A DNA stretch of 64,000 nucleotides from Mytilus californianus (Eukaryota). Location: assembly GCF_021869535.1 (NCBI RefSeq), contig NW_026262648.1, forward strand, positions 2,666,001-2,730,000, given 5' to 3'. Made by a program: the position numbers and the translations under genes. Positions within the stretch are counted from its first letter, which is position 1, and every line of letters begins with the position of its first letter. Positions 27,889 through 40,395 of this stretch are shown here, one piece after another. Under the pieces are notes generated by a model. That model was given only the letters and a program-made list of their open reading frames with translations, did no database searches and was not told where the DNA came from.

Positions 27889-28093
27889 ATTGATTGCTGT
27901 TTAACGCCACTTTCAGCACTATTGTGTTATTTCATGGCGGTCAGTTTTTATTGGTGGAGGGAGCCGGAGTGCCCGGAGAGAACCACAGACCTTCGGTAGG
28001 AAAACTGACAATCGTAGTAAAATAAGATTGGAGTCGAGCGCACCTGCCACATGCGGGTTCCCTAAGACTAATTAGACCACTCGGCCACCGAGG
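27889..28093 (-). mobile_element. tRNA-derived SINE (MetaSINE-like central domain)
   Basis: Head CCTCGGTGGCCGAGTGGTCTAA (A box); central GGTTCTCTCCGGGCACTCCGGCTCC..CCACCAATAAAAACTGACCGCC; internal deletion. Confidence 0.75.
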
Positions 28094-28712
28094 TATCGGG
28101 GCTTTCATTTGATACAATACTTGAATATGTACTGAACTCTTGCATATCGGTAGAGAACATCAAGTTAATGGTGTTGTATCCCCAGTACCTTGTGTCGGCC
28201 ATATTTAATTTGGCGACCACATTGGATTTATTTTACTTGGTTCCATATCAAGAAACTTATTAGAAGCATAACTTTCACTTTGCAAAGTTTCATGCTTTTA
28301 CCATAAAGTGATCAATTATTCTAATATATTGGACATAGCCGCTGGACTAAGAATGGTATACCAACTTCTTCTTGTGTTGTTTTTATTGCAAAGCAGTTGA
28401 ATGTAGATATTAAAAATATCAATGTTAAAGAGATTAACGGTGTTTTAATTTAAAGGTAATTTAAATGGTATTTTAGAAAAAATGATCTTTTACAGAATGC
28501 TACGGTAAAAAAAGGGTAAATTACGAACTTATTTCAAATTCAAGGATAGTTTCAAAAAGGGGACTTAAGCATTTCGTACTAAAAAATATGCTATTGAGCA
28601 GGGTCGTTATAAAAAGAGTGCCAAAAATAAAAAAAGACTTTTTGAATTCAATTGAAGATGCAATTCATTTTCTTATCGAATTTCCAACGACATGTTATAT
28701 TAGATTCTGCTT

Positions 28713-29850
28713 TAAAAGAGGGGCGAAAGATACCAGAGGGACATTCAAACTCATAAATCTAAAATAAACCGACAACGTCATGGCTAGAAAAGAAAAAGAC
28801 AAACAGACAAACAATAGTACACAAAACACAACATAGAAAACTAAAGACTAAGCAACACGAATCTCACCAAAAACTGGGGGTGATCTCATTTGCTCCGGAA
28901 GGGTAAGCAGATCCTGCTCCACATGTGGCACCCGTCGTATTGCTCATGTTAGTACAAACCCGGTAAATAGTCTAATTCGGTAGGTCACATTCGTGAAAAG
29001 GGAACGGGATTGTAGTTACGACATTAGGAACATATCCGCTATCATCTGTGAAACGGATATTCCATAACGGTCAACCAACTTGTGATGGCGTCCGTAAAAT
29101 TTACGAAGGGATGACTTCACTTTGGAACTCTTGGTTTAATAGCTTCCTTGTGAGCAGCAACCCTCTATCAAGGAAATCATGATAGGAAATACAAGCCCGG
29201 GAATATCGTATCAATTGGGAAATATACATTCCGTATGCAGGCGCTGCAGGAATGTTGCTACATAGAAATGAAAAGTTCACAATTGGGAAGCTGAAACATC
29301 TCTTTTGTCGTAAAGTTTTGTATTCAACTGACCTTCATTGTCAATTTCTAGACGTAAGTCAGGATATGAGACAGACTTAACTGTATCTGTTGTATCCTTT
29401 ATCTCTAGTTCGATTAGATAGATGCGTTCAACATAGTTACCAAATTTTGATTTTTTTAGTGAGAGAACATCATCTATATAGCGGAAAGTAAAGTTAAAGG
29501 ATACTGCTAACGTCTTTTCTTTCTTCCTAAGAAGTTCCTGTATGAAGTCAGCCTCATAAGAATAAAGCAACAAGTCGGCAAGAAGTGGGGCACAGTTGGT
29601 TCCCCCGTTTGTAGAAAAACACGTCCTCCAAACGTAACAAATATGTTGTCAATCAAGAAATCAATCATCTTGATAATGTCAGTTTCAGAGAATTTTTTGT
29701 TTGAATCAGAGTGATTTTTTACAAATTAGGATTTATCCCTCCCTAAGACAAGATACTTGTATCTACGTTGGCCATTCTTTTTCTGATTCACGCCACCTCT
29801 AGAATAGGCAGTTTCACAATAACTTTGAAGCCCGGCTTTGATTTCTGATA
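28713..29850 (-). mobile_element. Penelope-like element, RT fragment and 3' end
   Basis: ADLLLYSYE, FRYIDDVLSL, TKLYDKRD, NIPAAPAYG.YISQLIRYSRAC motifs of PLE-type RT; frameshifted. Confidence 0.8.
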
Positions 29851-30119
29851 AAATTGATGTTAATAATTTAGAAAGAGGTTTCGTGGAGCATTTGAAACAT
29901 GTATATAAATGTTTTACAATAAATAAGAAAACAACTGTTATAGTCAACTTCAAGCATCCACTTCGTTTCAACTTTGGAGGATATTTGTCTCATTGGCAAT
30001 CATACCACATCTCCTTATTTTTATTTTCATATCATTATTAGCATTATCATTATTGTTTCTCTACTTATGTCTATTCATAATCATTATGTAACATTCCCTT
30101 TATGGGTCGTTGATTGGAC

Positions 30120-32350
30120 AAATAAAGTATTCGTATTGCTCGCTAAAAATAGCAGACGTACTCATAATATTAGCATGTAAAACCAAAGCTGCATTAGTAT
30201 CTGTGCAAGAAACATGGCTAGACGATTCTGTGACGGATGCAGAAAATATGGATTGACAGTTTTAGCATTGTGAGACATCCAGAAACAACGGGGTGGTCTG
30301 AAATTATTTAGATAGAAATTGTAATACCAAAAAATCCAAACCTATAATGAAAGGTACTTGTTATATGTCTCCAAAGCAAAATAATTTTTGGAACATACTC
30401 ACCCCTTCCCGGTCAAAGGAAAATCAGTCTATTCCTGTCTATTTTTCCTAGTACAGCGTTTTCAATACACTAAAAAAAATGCTCTACATGAATGACTTTT
30501 CATTGTAAATTAATTATACTGAACTCTTAAAAACTGCACTAAAGAAGTTGTTATATCACCTTTAAATTGTAGCCAACAAAAGACACAAATCAAAAATAAA
30601 ATTTAACAAGATTTATTATTCAATTTTACAAGAAATATTATACAAATAGAAATGTCAACTTAACTGTTAAAATATAAGTCCGATCCTTTGTCTTTTCTTT
30701 ATCCGGAATTCTTCTCTTAACTGTAACTGAATCCAATGGAATATATATATCCAAATAAGTTCACAATCTAGTATGATGTTCGTAAATAAAGTGTCAATCC
30801 AACAACTCCAGAGATCTTCTGAGAGTACAAGTATATTAATGTCTGTCTGTCTAATTTGAAATTCGCTGTCTGTATATATAGTTGTCACGGAAACTTCCAG
30901 AACACTGTAGAAGAGAAACTTCTAGAATATCATAGAACTTTATATTACAAGACCTTAGAGTCAACGTTGAAATATTTTTGTAAGAAACAATGACTGTTGA
31001 TATATAAAGCAAAGGCAATTCAATTTTTAAAAATATCAATAGAAAAGTAAGTATCTGATGTTGGAACGATCACATCTTTTATATTTATTGATTAAGCTGT
31101 CTCATTATTAAAAAAAATATACAATTTTTGAAAAGCTTATTTATCATTGTGTGTTTTTTTTTAATGAAGACATTTGATCAATATAAATATTGAATTTGAA
31201 GAAGACAAAAAAACTCCATATTTATACGTTTAATTCATTTTATTAACCATGATAACACTTTAAAGTAAACTCATTGTTATGTTTGATTAACAACAATAGG
31301 AATGGATAAATTTGTAATGTCATTTGAGGGTGCGAATATGTTCCTAAATGGTCAGACAATACTTGATCATATGTCATGAACATTCAAAACCTTCGGCTAC
31401 GCAGCGGGCTTTAAATGTTCAGAAAATTTGAACAAGTGTTGTCTAACCTATAACAAGAACTATTTGATTGTACGCTCAATAAAATAAGAATCAACTGCAT
31501 AATTGTAATTCTTGGCGATTTCAATATTTGCACTAAAAATCTAAATTCGGCATTGTATAAAAAATGCACAAATATCCTCAATATGTGTTCCCCAGTACAG
31601 TTTATAACCAAACTAACGAGGATAGCAGTGTCTTCTTGTTCAACAGTATAACATATTCTATGTAATACGTGTGATGAAATTAGCCAATCAGGGGTCGTTA
31701 AAGTTATTATAAGTGACCATTTAATAACCAATCATACTAGAAAAACAATTAAATCACACAAAGTACAGTTCGCGAAAAATCATTAAAGCACTTTTCAAAA
31801 AAAGATTTCGGAAAAAAAAATCGAACAAGTTGACTGATCAGAACTCTGTTTATGCAGAAATGTGAACCAAGCATAAGAATTTTTAAGAAAGCTATTTAAT
31901 TCAACACTAATATCTTTAGCCCCGTATAAAGAAACAAGAATATAACATAATTCGAAAACGTGGATGACATCAGAAATTTTAGATCATATAATAAAATGAG
32001 ACACTTTTTCTCTGTTATGGTAAAAGTCAGTTAGAAACATTTATTTTCGGACTATTGCAAATTGCGAAATTTTAATTGTAAATTGGACAAAAGATGGATG
32101 TATATCTTACAAAATTGAAAGCAAAATGAACCGAAAAACATCTACCGGAACAACTAAAAACTATCGGTAAGTCCACTGCGTGTCTCATCCAAAATTTGAT
32201 AAAATAGCAGTATACAAACATCTAGAATCCTGTCTTACATTGTCTTATTATGAACAATCTGTTGTGTGAAATTCTATCTAGATTAAGAAGAGCTCATTCC
32301 ACCGAAACAGGCCTTATTCACCTCTTCAATTATATAAAATCCCAAACATT
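30120..32350 (+). mobile_element. Highly decayed CR1/L2-type LINE, apurinic-endonuclease region, interrupted
   Basis: Scattered VQETWLDDSV.DAE, KPI..GTCY, ILGDFNI and ISDH fragments. Confidence 0.55.
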
Positions 32351-32926
32351 TAAAGGTCTGTAAATCAATTGTATTAGACATGTATTAAAAACCGCATAGT
32401 ATAAATATGTAGGCATTGATATAGACCAAAATGTATCACGTAAAAATAACAGTCAACACTATCACCAAACTGTTTCACTACTGAAACACGGAAAATTTTG
32501 AGTATAATAATAATAATATGTTTTTGTCTAAAGCGGTAACTAATCTTACTTGAGGTCATCATAAAGTAAGTACAACATGATAAAGTACATACAAATAAAC
32601 AATATAACAAACAAGCAGTATATATATATACTTTTTCACTTTTTTGGTCTTTTGGAAAATGTTGTTTGTGCTGTATTTAGACCCCTTTAACAAGAAATTT
32701 GTTTTGCATGCACACGTATACAAATTGCGGTTTTTATCCAACGCAATCATAGGTTTGAACGTTGTATTCAATTTAGACTTGTTTATATTTTTTCGTTTGG
32801 GCTTGTATTATATTTGCCTTCGGGTTTATATGATCCGTTCATCCTATTTTGACTCCTCAAAATTCAAGAGTCTATCCTTAATTGAGATAAATTGTATGGC
32901 TTTCCAAATACCGTTTCGATTCCTAA

Positions 32927-32968
32927 CATCACTGAAGAAACATTAATTGTCGAAATCCGGATATGGTG
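32927..32968 (+). ncRNA. Type I minimal hammerhead ribozyme, copy 1 (G10.1 to A change)
   Basis: CATCA-CTGAAGA-AACATTAATTGTC-GAA-ATCCGGAT-A-TGGTG; the first stem II pair is A.C instead of G-C. Confidence 0.7.
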
Positions 32969-33465
32969 TACAAAAACCTTTGCAGCTTTTGTTTGCGGTA
33001 TATTAACTTTTCCGCAAGTTTATTGTTTTCTATTTAGTATCAAATTTATAATTAAGATCCATTTATTACATCGGTGATCCGTTTATTTGGCAATCGCCAA
33101 TGGCAGTCAGCAGGGTTTAAGAACATTTGTTGTTCGACCTGTTAGTCAAATGCGTTTTGTTAAAATATACTTTTTCACTTTTTTGGTCTTTTGGAAAATG
33201 TTGTTTGTGCTGTATTTAGACCCCTTTAACAAGAAATTTGTTTTGCATGCACACGTATAAAAATTGCGGTTTTTATCCAACGCAATCAAAGGTTTGAACG
33301 TTGTATTCAATTTAGACTTGTTTATATTTTTTCGTTTGGGCTTGTATTATATTTGCCTTCGGATTTATATGATCCGTTCATCCTATTTTGACTCCTCAAA
33401 ATTCAAGAGTTTATCCTAAATTGAGATAAATTGTATGGCTTTCCAAATACCGTTTCGATTCCTAA

Positions 33466-33507
33466 CATCACTGAAGAGACATTAATTGTCGAAATCCGGA
33501 TATGGTG
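33466..33507 (+). ncRNA. Type I minimal hammerhead ribozyme, intact
   Basis: Stem I CATCA/TGGTG, core CTGAAGA, stem II GACA/TGTC, GAAA, palindromic stem III ATCCGGAT, predicted cut after A33502. Confidence 0.85.
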
Positions 33508-34250
33508 TACAAAAACCTTTGCACCTTTTGTTTGGGGTATATCATCTTTTCCGCAAGTTTATTGTTTTCTGTTTAGTATTAAATTTATAATTAAGATCCA
33601 TTTATTACATCGGTGATCAGTTTATTTGGTAATCGACAATGGCAGTCAGCAGGGTTTAAGAACATTTGTTGTTCGACCTGTTAGTCAAATGCGTTTTGTT
33701 AAATATACTTTTTTACTTTTTTGGTCTTTTGGAAAATGTTGTTTGTGCTGTATTTAGACCTCTCTAACAAGAAATTTGTTTTGCATGCACACGTATGAAA
33801 ATTGCGGTTTTTATCCAACGCAATCATAGGTTTGAACGTTGTGTTCAATTTAGACTTGTGTATATATATATATATATATATATTGAAATCCGGATATGGT
33901 GTACAAAAACCTTTGCACCTTTTGTTTGGGGTATATCATCTTTTCCGCAAGTTTATAGTTTTCTGTTTAGTTTTAAATTTATAATTAAGATCTATTTATT
34001 ACATCGGTGATCCGTTTATTTGGCAATCGCTTATGGCAGTCAGCAGGGTTTAAGAACATTTGTTGTTCGACCTGTTAGTCAAATGCGTTTTGTTTAATAT
34101 ATTTTTTCACTTTTTTGGTCTTTTGGAAAATGTTGTTTGTTCTGTATTTAGACCTCTCTAACAAGAAATTTGTTTTGCATGCACACGTATAAAAATTGCG
34201 GTTTTTATCCAACGCAATCATAGGTTTGAACGTTGTATTCAATTTAGACT

Positions 34251-34285
<35 letters not shown>

Positions 34286-34796
34286 AAATCCGGATATGGT
34301 GTACAAAAACCTTTGCACCTTTTGTTTGGGGTATATCATCTTTTCCGCAAGTTTATTGTTTTCTGTTTAGTATTAAATTTATAATTAAGATCTATTTATT
34401 ACATCGGTGATCCGTTTATTTGGCAATCGCCAATGGCAGTCAGCAGGGTTTAAGAACATTTGTTGTTCGACCTGTTAGGCAAATGCGTTTTGTTAAATAT
34501 ACTTTTTCACTTTTTTGGTCTTTTGGAAAATGTTGTTTGTGCTGTATTAAGATTTCTCTAACAAGAAATTTGTTTTGCATGCACACGTATACAAATTGCG
34601 GTTTTTATCCAACGCAATCATAGGTTTGAACGTTGTTTTCAATTTAGACTTGATTATACTTTTTCGTTTGGGCTTGTATTATATTTGCCTTCGGATTCAT
34701 ATGATCCGTTCATCCTATTTTGACTCCTCAAAATTCAAGAGTCTATCCTAAATTGAGGTAAATTGTATGGCTTTCAAATACCGTTTCGATTCCTTA

Positions 34797-34838
34797 CATC
34801 ACTGAAGAGACATTAATTGTCGAAATCCGGATATGGTG
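34797..34838 (+). ncRNA. Type I minimal hammerhead ribozyme, intact
   Basis: Identical to 33466-33507; predicted cut after A34833. Confidence 0.85.
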
Positions 34839-35186
34839 TACAAAAACCTTTGCACCTTTTGTTTGGGGTATATCATCTTTTCCGCAAGTTTATTGTTTCT
34901 GTTTAGTATTAAACTTATAATTAAGATCCATTTATTACATCGGTGATCCGTTTATTTGGCAATCGCCAATGGCAGTCAGCAGGGTTTAAGAACATTTGTT
35001 GTTCGACCTGTTAGTCAAATGCGTTTTGTTAAATATACTTTTTCACTTTTTTGGTCTTTTGGAAAATGTTGTTTGTGCTGTATTTAGACCTCTCCAACAA
35101 GAAATTTGTTTTGCATGCACACGTATAAAAATTGCGGTTTTTATCCAACGCAATCATAGGTTTGAACGTTGTTTTCAATTTAGACT

Positions 35187-35188
<2 letters not shown>

Positions 35189-35266
<78 letters not shown>
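35189..35266. repeat. Compound (TA)n(GA)n microsatellite
   Basis: Directly visible; joins the end of the hammerhead array to a SINE head. Confidence 0.98.
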
Positions 35267-35269
<3 letters not shown>

Positions 35270-35438
35270 TAGGTGGTGGAGTGGTCCAGCGCGTCGGGCA
35301 TAGTGCAAGGCGATTTGGTGCCACGATATCTCAGTATCATGAGTTTGAATCCCAGCCAGAGAAGAACAAAAAATTTGCTTCCGCAAATTTACAGATCTTA
35401 CATTGTTGGGCTGTTGTTTAGACGAATTATATATACAT
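35265..35438 (+). mobile_element. tRNA-derived SINE
   Basis: A-box-like TGGTGGAGTGG, B-box-like GAGTTTGAATCCC, TA-rich tail. Confidence 0.65.
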
Positions 35439-36039
35439 AAGATCACTATCATGCACATTATTCATGGTAACTAACAATCGATCTCGGCGTGGCTTGACGG
35501 ATATATTTGAAGCATTTAGATTTAATAAACATAAAGATGTTGATGTTTTCATGTTGGAAAACTATTCAAAGGAATTGCAGAATGTAAACAAAGGATTTGT
35601 TCATTATATTCGTGTTTGGTCGAACATTTAGTTTTTTGAGACAGATCTTTAATTTCTGTCATTATTTCAAAGCCTTGAACGCACAACGTTTTCAGATAAT
35701 AAGGAGTTTTTATACACTTCAATTATATGACGATATGGAGTTATTTCCTTTCAGATCGATAGGTCATTCTTTAAAGAAGCAACCCGGACGATTCCGAGTT
35801 TCAATGAAAAGTGATACAAGGCATAAAACAATGACACGTGTAAGGGAATTAATTACCCTCGACATATTAAATAATTATAAGGAATTTGCCAGGCAAAAGA
35901 GAGAAAACCATTATTCTAAATAATTCCCGTTTTTGACGGTATATAAGTCAGATCATGGTCCCCATGGTCGGTCATTATTTGAAAAATCCTGACACCCCTC
36001 GGTGTGTTATACGACAAGGAAAACCTTAAAATATGCATT

Positions 36040-36430
36040 ATAGTTTTAATAGTTTGTTCATATGTTGAGCTGTTACACCACTGTCCCAGGTTAGGTGAGG
36101 GTGTGGCGCCCATAAACATGTTAAACTCCGCTACATTATATATGTGCCTGCCCTCAGTCATGAGCCTGTAATTCAGTGGTTGTCGTTTGTTGCTGTATAT
36201 CATATTTTTTTTTTGTTCATTGTTTTGTACATAGATTTGGCCGTCATTTTTCTCGTTTGAATTGTTTTATATTTGTCATTTTGGGGCCTTTTATAGCTGA
36301 CTATGCGGTATGGGTTTTGCTCATTGTTGAAAGCCTTACGGTGACCTATAGTTGTTAACTTCTATGTCATTTGGTCTCTAGTGGAGTGTTGTCTCACTGG
36401 CAATTATACCACATCTTCTTATTTTTATAT
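36040..36430 (+). mobile_element. Abundant dispersed repeat (5'-truncated PLE 3' region). Other copies: about 8616-8970(-), 19080-19292(+), 20800-21395(-), 23660-23885(+), 38470-38740(+), 47170-47510(-), 62060-62740(-)
   Basis: Shared end ...gttgtctcattggcaatcataccacatcttcttattttta and shared internal blocks. Confidence 0.85.
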
Positions 36431-37850
36431 TATCTATAACTTAATTTATAATATGAAATTCTGTCTCGAAAACTAAACCAATGTAATATGTCAAATGTTC
36501 TCTCGATGGCGTATAGAAATGGGCATCTAAAATTATTCTTGATGCTCTATTTTGCTGTTTTATTAATCACTGGGAGTATTTTTCACTACAACTACCCCCG
36601 ACTGTGCAACGGTATGGGATAATTGTAATGAATGAACCTTATAATTTGTTAGTTGGACTATTCCTGTTCCTCCTTGTATGCCTGTATGTCTCAACCTATT
36701 AAATAATTATAAGGAATGCACGGATTGGATATCAATTTGATTTAAATTTTGCTTCGCATGTGACATGATTCTCAAATATTCAGGAAATTTTTATCGTTTC
36801 AGTCTTTTATGTGACTTCATGATTCAAATTTTGTTTTGTTAGATATCAAGGTACGGGGCTTTTTTCTGCAAAACATATTACGACTTAAAATAACAGTAGA
36901 TTACTCTCGAATACTAGTAACGTAAGAATATTATTTGTCGAAAGATTTTTATGAATTCAAGGAAAAGTTAGTTTTTTTACAAAGAAAAAATATATATTCA
37001 TATGATGATATTACTTCTGAATATTTATCATTATTTAAAATATATGTATTATAATTGTGTATAGGGATTTTGTACATCCCTACTGACTGATGCCTTTACA
37101 TACGGTAATTGCGAATGTTTGTTCTTTTTTCCAACAAAATTACTTTTTCTTCTTTTTTTTTTAAATATTCAAACAATGTTCAACATTGTAAAAAAAAAAT
37201 AATTCAAAATTGCTTTTCTTAGCAATATTCAGGCATCGTTAATTTTGTCACACGTTTAGAAATACGCAATAATGCTCTAAGAAGTTCAAAGTAAAAATAT
37301 GAATCTGTTATATTGTGAATTTCAGAAAAAGTATAAAGAGTTTTTTTTTTAGAAAGTGGCTGTGCAGTGTCCTATAGATGTAAGTTAACATCCCCGTCTT
37401 TAGATCTCTAGTGGATAGTTGTTTCATTGGCAATCATACCACAGCTTCTTATTTTTACATAAGTGAGGAATGAAATAAGGGGAACTCGACCCTATATACG
37501 TATATATCTCTTTTAACGAGATCCAAAGAAAACTTAATAAATAACGCTAATCAACATTTACAGTAACATTAATGAAATGGACCAAAGATAACATATATAC
37601 ATGTACCCTTGTATTCAATTCGTTTCTTTGTCTTATTTACTTGGTTTTTTGGGGGGTTTTTTCCTTCTTTTTGGAGAACAAACTGAAGCGGGAGTAAACC
37701 AAGCCTATTGTTTTATATAAAAGATGTCGATCAATCATCTCAATAGTATCAGAGACATCAATACTCTAAACAAAACAGTATAACAATTATAAGGGAATAA
37801 ATCCAAGTCACAATAGCTATTCATATGTCACTTCATCAATGCTACGACAG

Positions 37851-37972
37851 TTATGAACAATATGTTGCTTTGTCAGCACAGCAGTCACTTTGTCCAGTGC
37901 AGGCTGAATCACATTGGCAGTTGTGACTAGAGCTGTAAGATGAACATCGACCGTAGCAGGAGTTCTTATTGC
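37851..37972 (-). CDS. Gene 2 last exon: somatomedin-B domain (SCYGRC...CQCDSAC...DCCADKATYC), then stop
   Basis: tatttcag|GC acceptor in phase 1; 8-Cys SMB signature; TAA at 37851-37853. The frame shown in the ORF track is the wrong one. Confidence 0.92.
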
Positions 37973-38917
37973 CTGAAATAACACATATAAGGAGGCTACA
38001 TTGTATACATTTTGCAACTTGTATTAGCTTTTCTAAAATAAAATAAAATTTTGTGAAAGCTAGTTGTAAAATTCATAAAATTGTCTGTTTTTCATGTAAT
38101 CAAATAATAGAAATTAATTAATAATGTCAATGCGATTGTTGTTTTTCATGCTCTTGATTTCTTGTCTAAATATTCATTACATATGGATACAAGGAGACAC
38201 AAATACACCGACACAAAAACCAAGAAACACACAACCGATCTTCAACAAGAAAGAATAGAAGCCATGCCGAAAATCCCCAGAGTCTAGAAAAGTTCCGAAT
38301 AAATTTACATATATGTTCTTATTTGAAATTAAAGTAAATATATTCCCCGAAGTATTTTTTGTAAGACATATAGATTTAAAGACAAAATGTACCAGAAATG
38401 CAGCAAAGCTACGACTTATTGTTGATTTGAATTAAAACCATGTACTTTGTTCTGTGTTTGATGTGCACGAACCTGTTGTTCAGTGGTTGTCGTTTGTTGG
38501 TGTGGTTCATAGGTGTTTCTCGTTTCTCGTTTTTTATATAGATTAGACCGTTGGTTTTCCTGTTTCAATTGTTCTACACTTGTCATTTTGGGGCCCTTTA
38601 TAGCTTGCTGTTCGGTGTGAGCCAAGGCTCCGTGTTGAAGGCCGTACTTTGACCTATAATTGTTAACCTTTTATACATTGTGAATTGGATGGAGAGTTGT
38701 CTCATTGGCACTCATACCACATCTTCTTATTTATATTGTTTTATTAAACACGTAGATGTATGTGTAGTTAAAATAGACCTAAACAAAGTAGTCAAAGCCA
38801 TTTACGATTAAGATGAATTTGGCCTGAAGGAAACGATGAATTCAAATAAGGCGAAAAAAATATAGTCGTTTACTATACGTAATACAACATAGAAACTTGA
38901 TAACACCGACCAAGTTA

Positions 38918-39194
38918 GGGAGCGACCATTTAACTTCAAGAGGGGGGGGGGGGGGGGGGGTTATGGTTTTTCCCTAAAAAAAATATTCTGATCCCCAATT
39001 TGATGAAAAATATATTGTGGTCAAGCAGATGACAAAAAAAACATTCTGTATCCAGATTTTCCCCATATCTTATAGTGCTAAATTTTGAATAAACAATTTG
39101 ATTGATAGCGTCGAAAAACTAAAACAAGCGCGATTTTTTTTCTGACAGACAAAAAACCATAACCCCCGCCCCTTAAAGTTAAATGGTTGCTCCC
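38918..39194. mobile_element. PIF/Harbinger-type MITE
   Basis: TIRs GGGAGCGACCATTTAACTT / AAGTTAAATGGTTGCTCCC flanked by TTA on both sides; internal G-run. Confidence 0.8.
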
Positions 39195-39286
39195 TTATAG
39201 GAACATTTAAAATGAATAATGTAAAAATATCAAACAAACATATAACGGTTGATAGTTGCATTAAAGGGCGATAAAATAAAACATAC

Positions 39287-39397
39287 TTTGGCAAGTAGTA
39301 CCAGTAAAACTCGAGGTGCATGCACAATTAAAAGAGGTGGCTCCAGTTCCAGTGCATATCCCTCCATTGTTACAAGGATTTGGAGAGCAAGGGTTTG
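39287..39397 (-). CDS. Gene 2 exon 7: EGF (NPCSPNPCNNGGICTGTGATSFNCACTSSFTGTTCQ)
   Basis: ttttag acceptor, gtatgt donor, 111 nt, phase 1-1; missed by the ORF track. Confidence 0.92.
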
Positions 39398-40284
39398 CTA
39401 AAATAGAACCAATGACAAAAGACATTCTATAGAAATATGCATGAGTGTAAGATCGAAAAAAATGAAATTGAAAAATGTGGAAAATAATTGTTCAGCTATA
39501 ATTCATACTTAAATAGAATTCACCATTACATGTCAATGATTCTGGAAACATATTCAAATTTGATGATGCAGCAATGACAAAACGGTCTTAAATATTGGAA
39601 AGAATAATCTAATATCACTCCGGTATCTGGCATTAAAAAGATTAAGGCAGCATTTCATTAACAATTCAAAAACTATGCATGAAAATGTGCAGATTAAAAA
39701 AGACAAGAAAGTTCGTTATTTCTAACAAGTGATTTATGACTGGAATTGTTTCTTATGTTGTATCGAAGCTGTAGAACGTATGCATGTGTTTGGGGTAAAT
39801 TTTGCCTATTACATGCCAGCAGGAATGATTGCTTATAAAACATTTTTCTCTTGGTTGTATACATCTTCATTATATCTCATTTTGGAAAGGTTGTAGATTA
39901 AAATCCTTTTGTGCAATCCATCCGTTTTAAACGCTAAATTAAATATTGACGTGTGTTTTCCTGGACGAACTGTCCTGCATACTACTTGTTACTCGCACCA
40001 TGTTTGCTGTTAATTGTTTTGACAATAAAAAGTCTTTTGTTTTGGTATTAGAGAACGGAACTTGCTAGTTTTATATACCTTTCATTATATACTCTTATCT
40101 GTTTCTTGATTAACACATGTAACGGTTAGTACCCCTTATATGTCAACATATTGGCTATCAGGTGTAAGCTTTTCAGTTCGCCGCCTTGGTGCACCTATCA
40201 AGATCAGGACCGATTTTTATATGGTTTAAAATCATATTACTCTGTTGTGTACCCGATGGCTTAATCTTAAACTGAAATACTCAC

Positions 40285-40395
40285 AGTTACAAGTTGATCC
40301 ATACCATCCAGATGAACAATCGCAGCTGTAACTCGATCCGCCAGAAGATGTACAAATACCGCCATTGAGACATGGATTTGGTGAGCATGCGTGTG
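40285..40395 (-). CDS. Gene 2 exon 6: EGF, near-identical duplicate of exon 5
   Basis: tttgtag acceptor, gtgagt donor; differs from 42377-42487 at one base (ACT versus TCT). Confidence 0.88.

Larger units (their letters stand above)
32626..35190 (+). repeat. Tandem array of about 540-nt units (plus two deleted 394-400 nt units) carrying hammerhead ribozymes; retrozyme-like
   Basis: Equivalent positions at 32963, 33502, 33896, 34296 and 34833; units are nearly identical. Confidence 0.85.

Noticed and set aside
30667-31039. Two minus-strand ORFs with a vaguely LRR-like stretch
   Set aside because: No repeat periodicity or splice support; they lie within a decayed LINE region.
32644-34623. Recurring short ORFs in the tandem array (e.g. 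MYGFPNTVSIP...)
   Set aside because: They repeat only because the DNA repeats; no domain, and frames are broken between units.
35265-35360. Possible tRNA gene (also 28060-28093)
   Set aside because: Only A/B boxes are present; no complete cloverleaf, and both continue into SINE bodies.
34996-35458. 141-aa and 90-aa ORFs with ERERER or SLSLSL runs
   Set aside because: Artefacts of the (TA)n(GA)n microsatellite plus repeat sequence.
37817-38017. Track ORF MQNVYNV...
   Set aside because: Wrong frame; the coding frame is the SMB exon 37851-37972.
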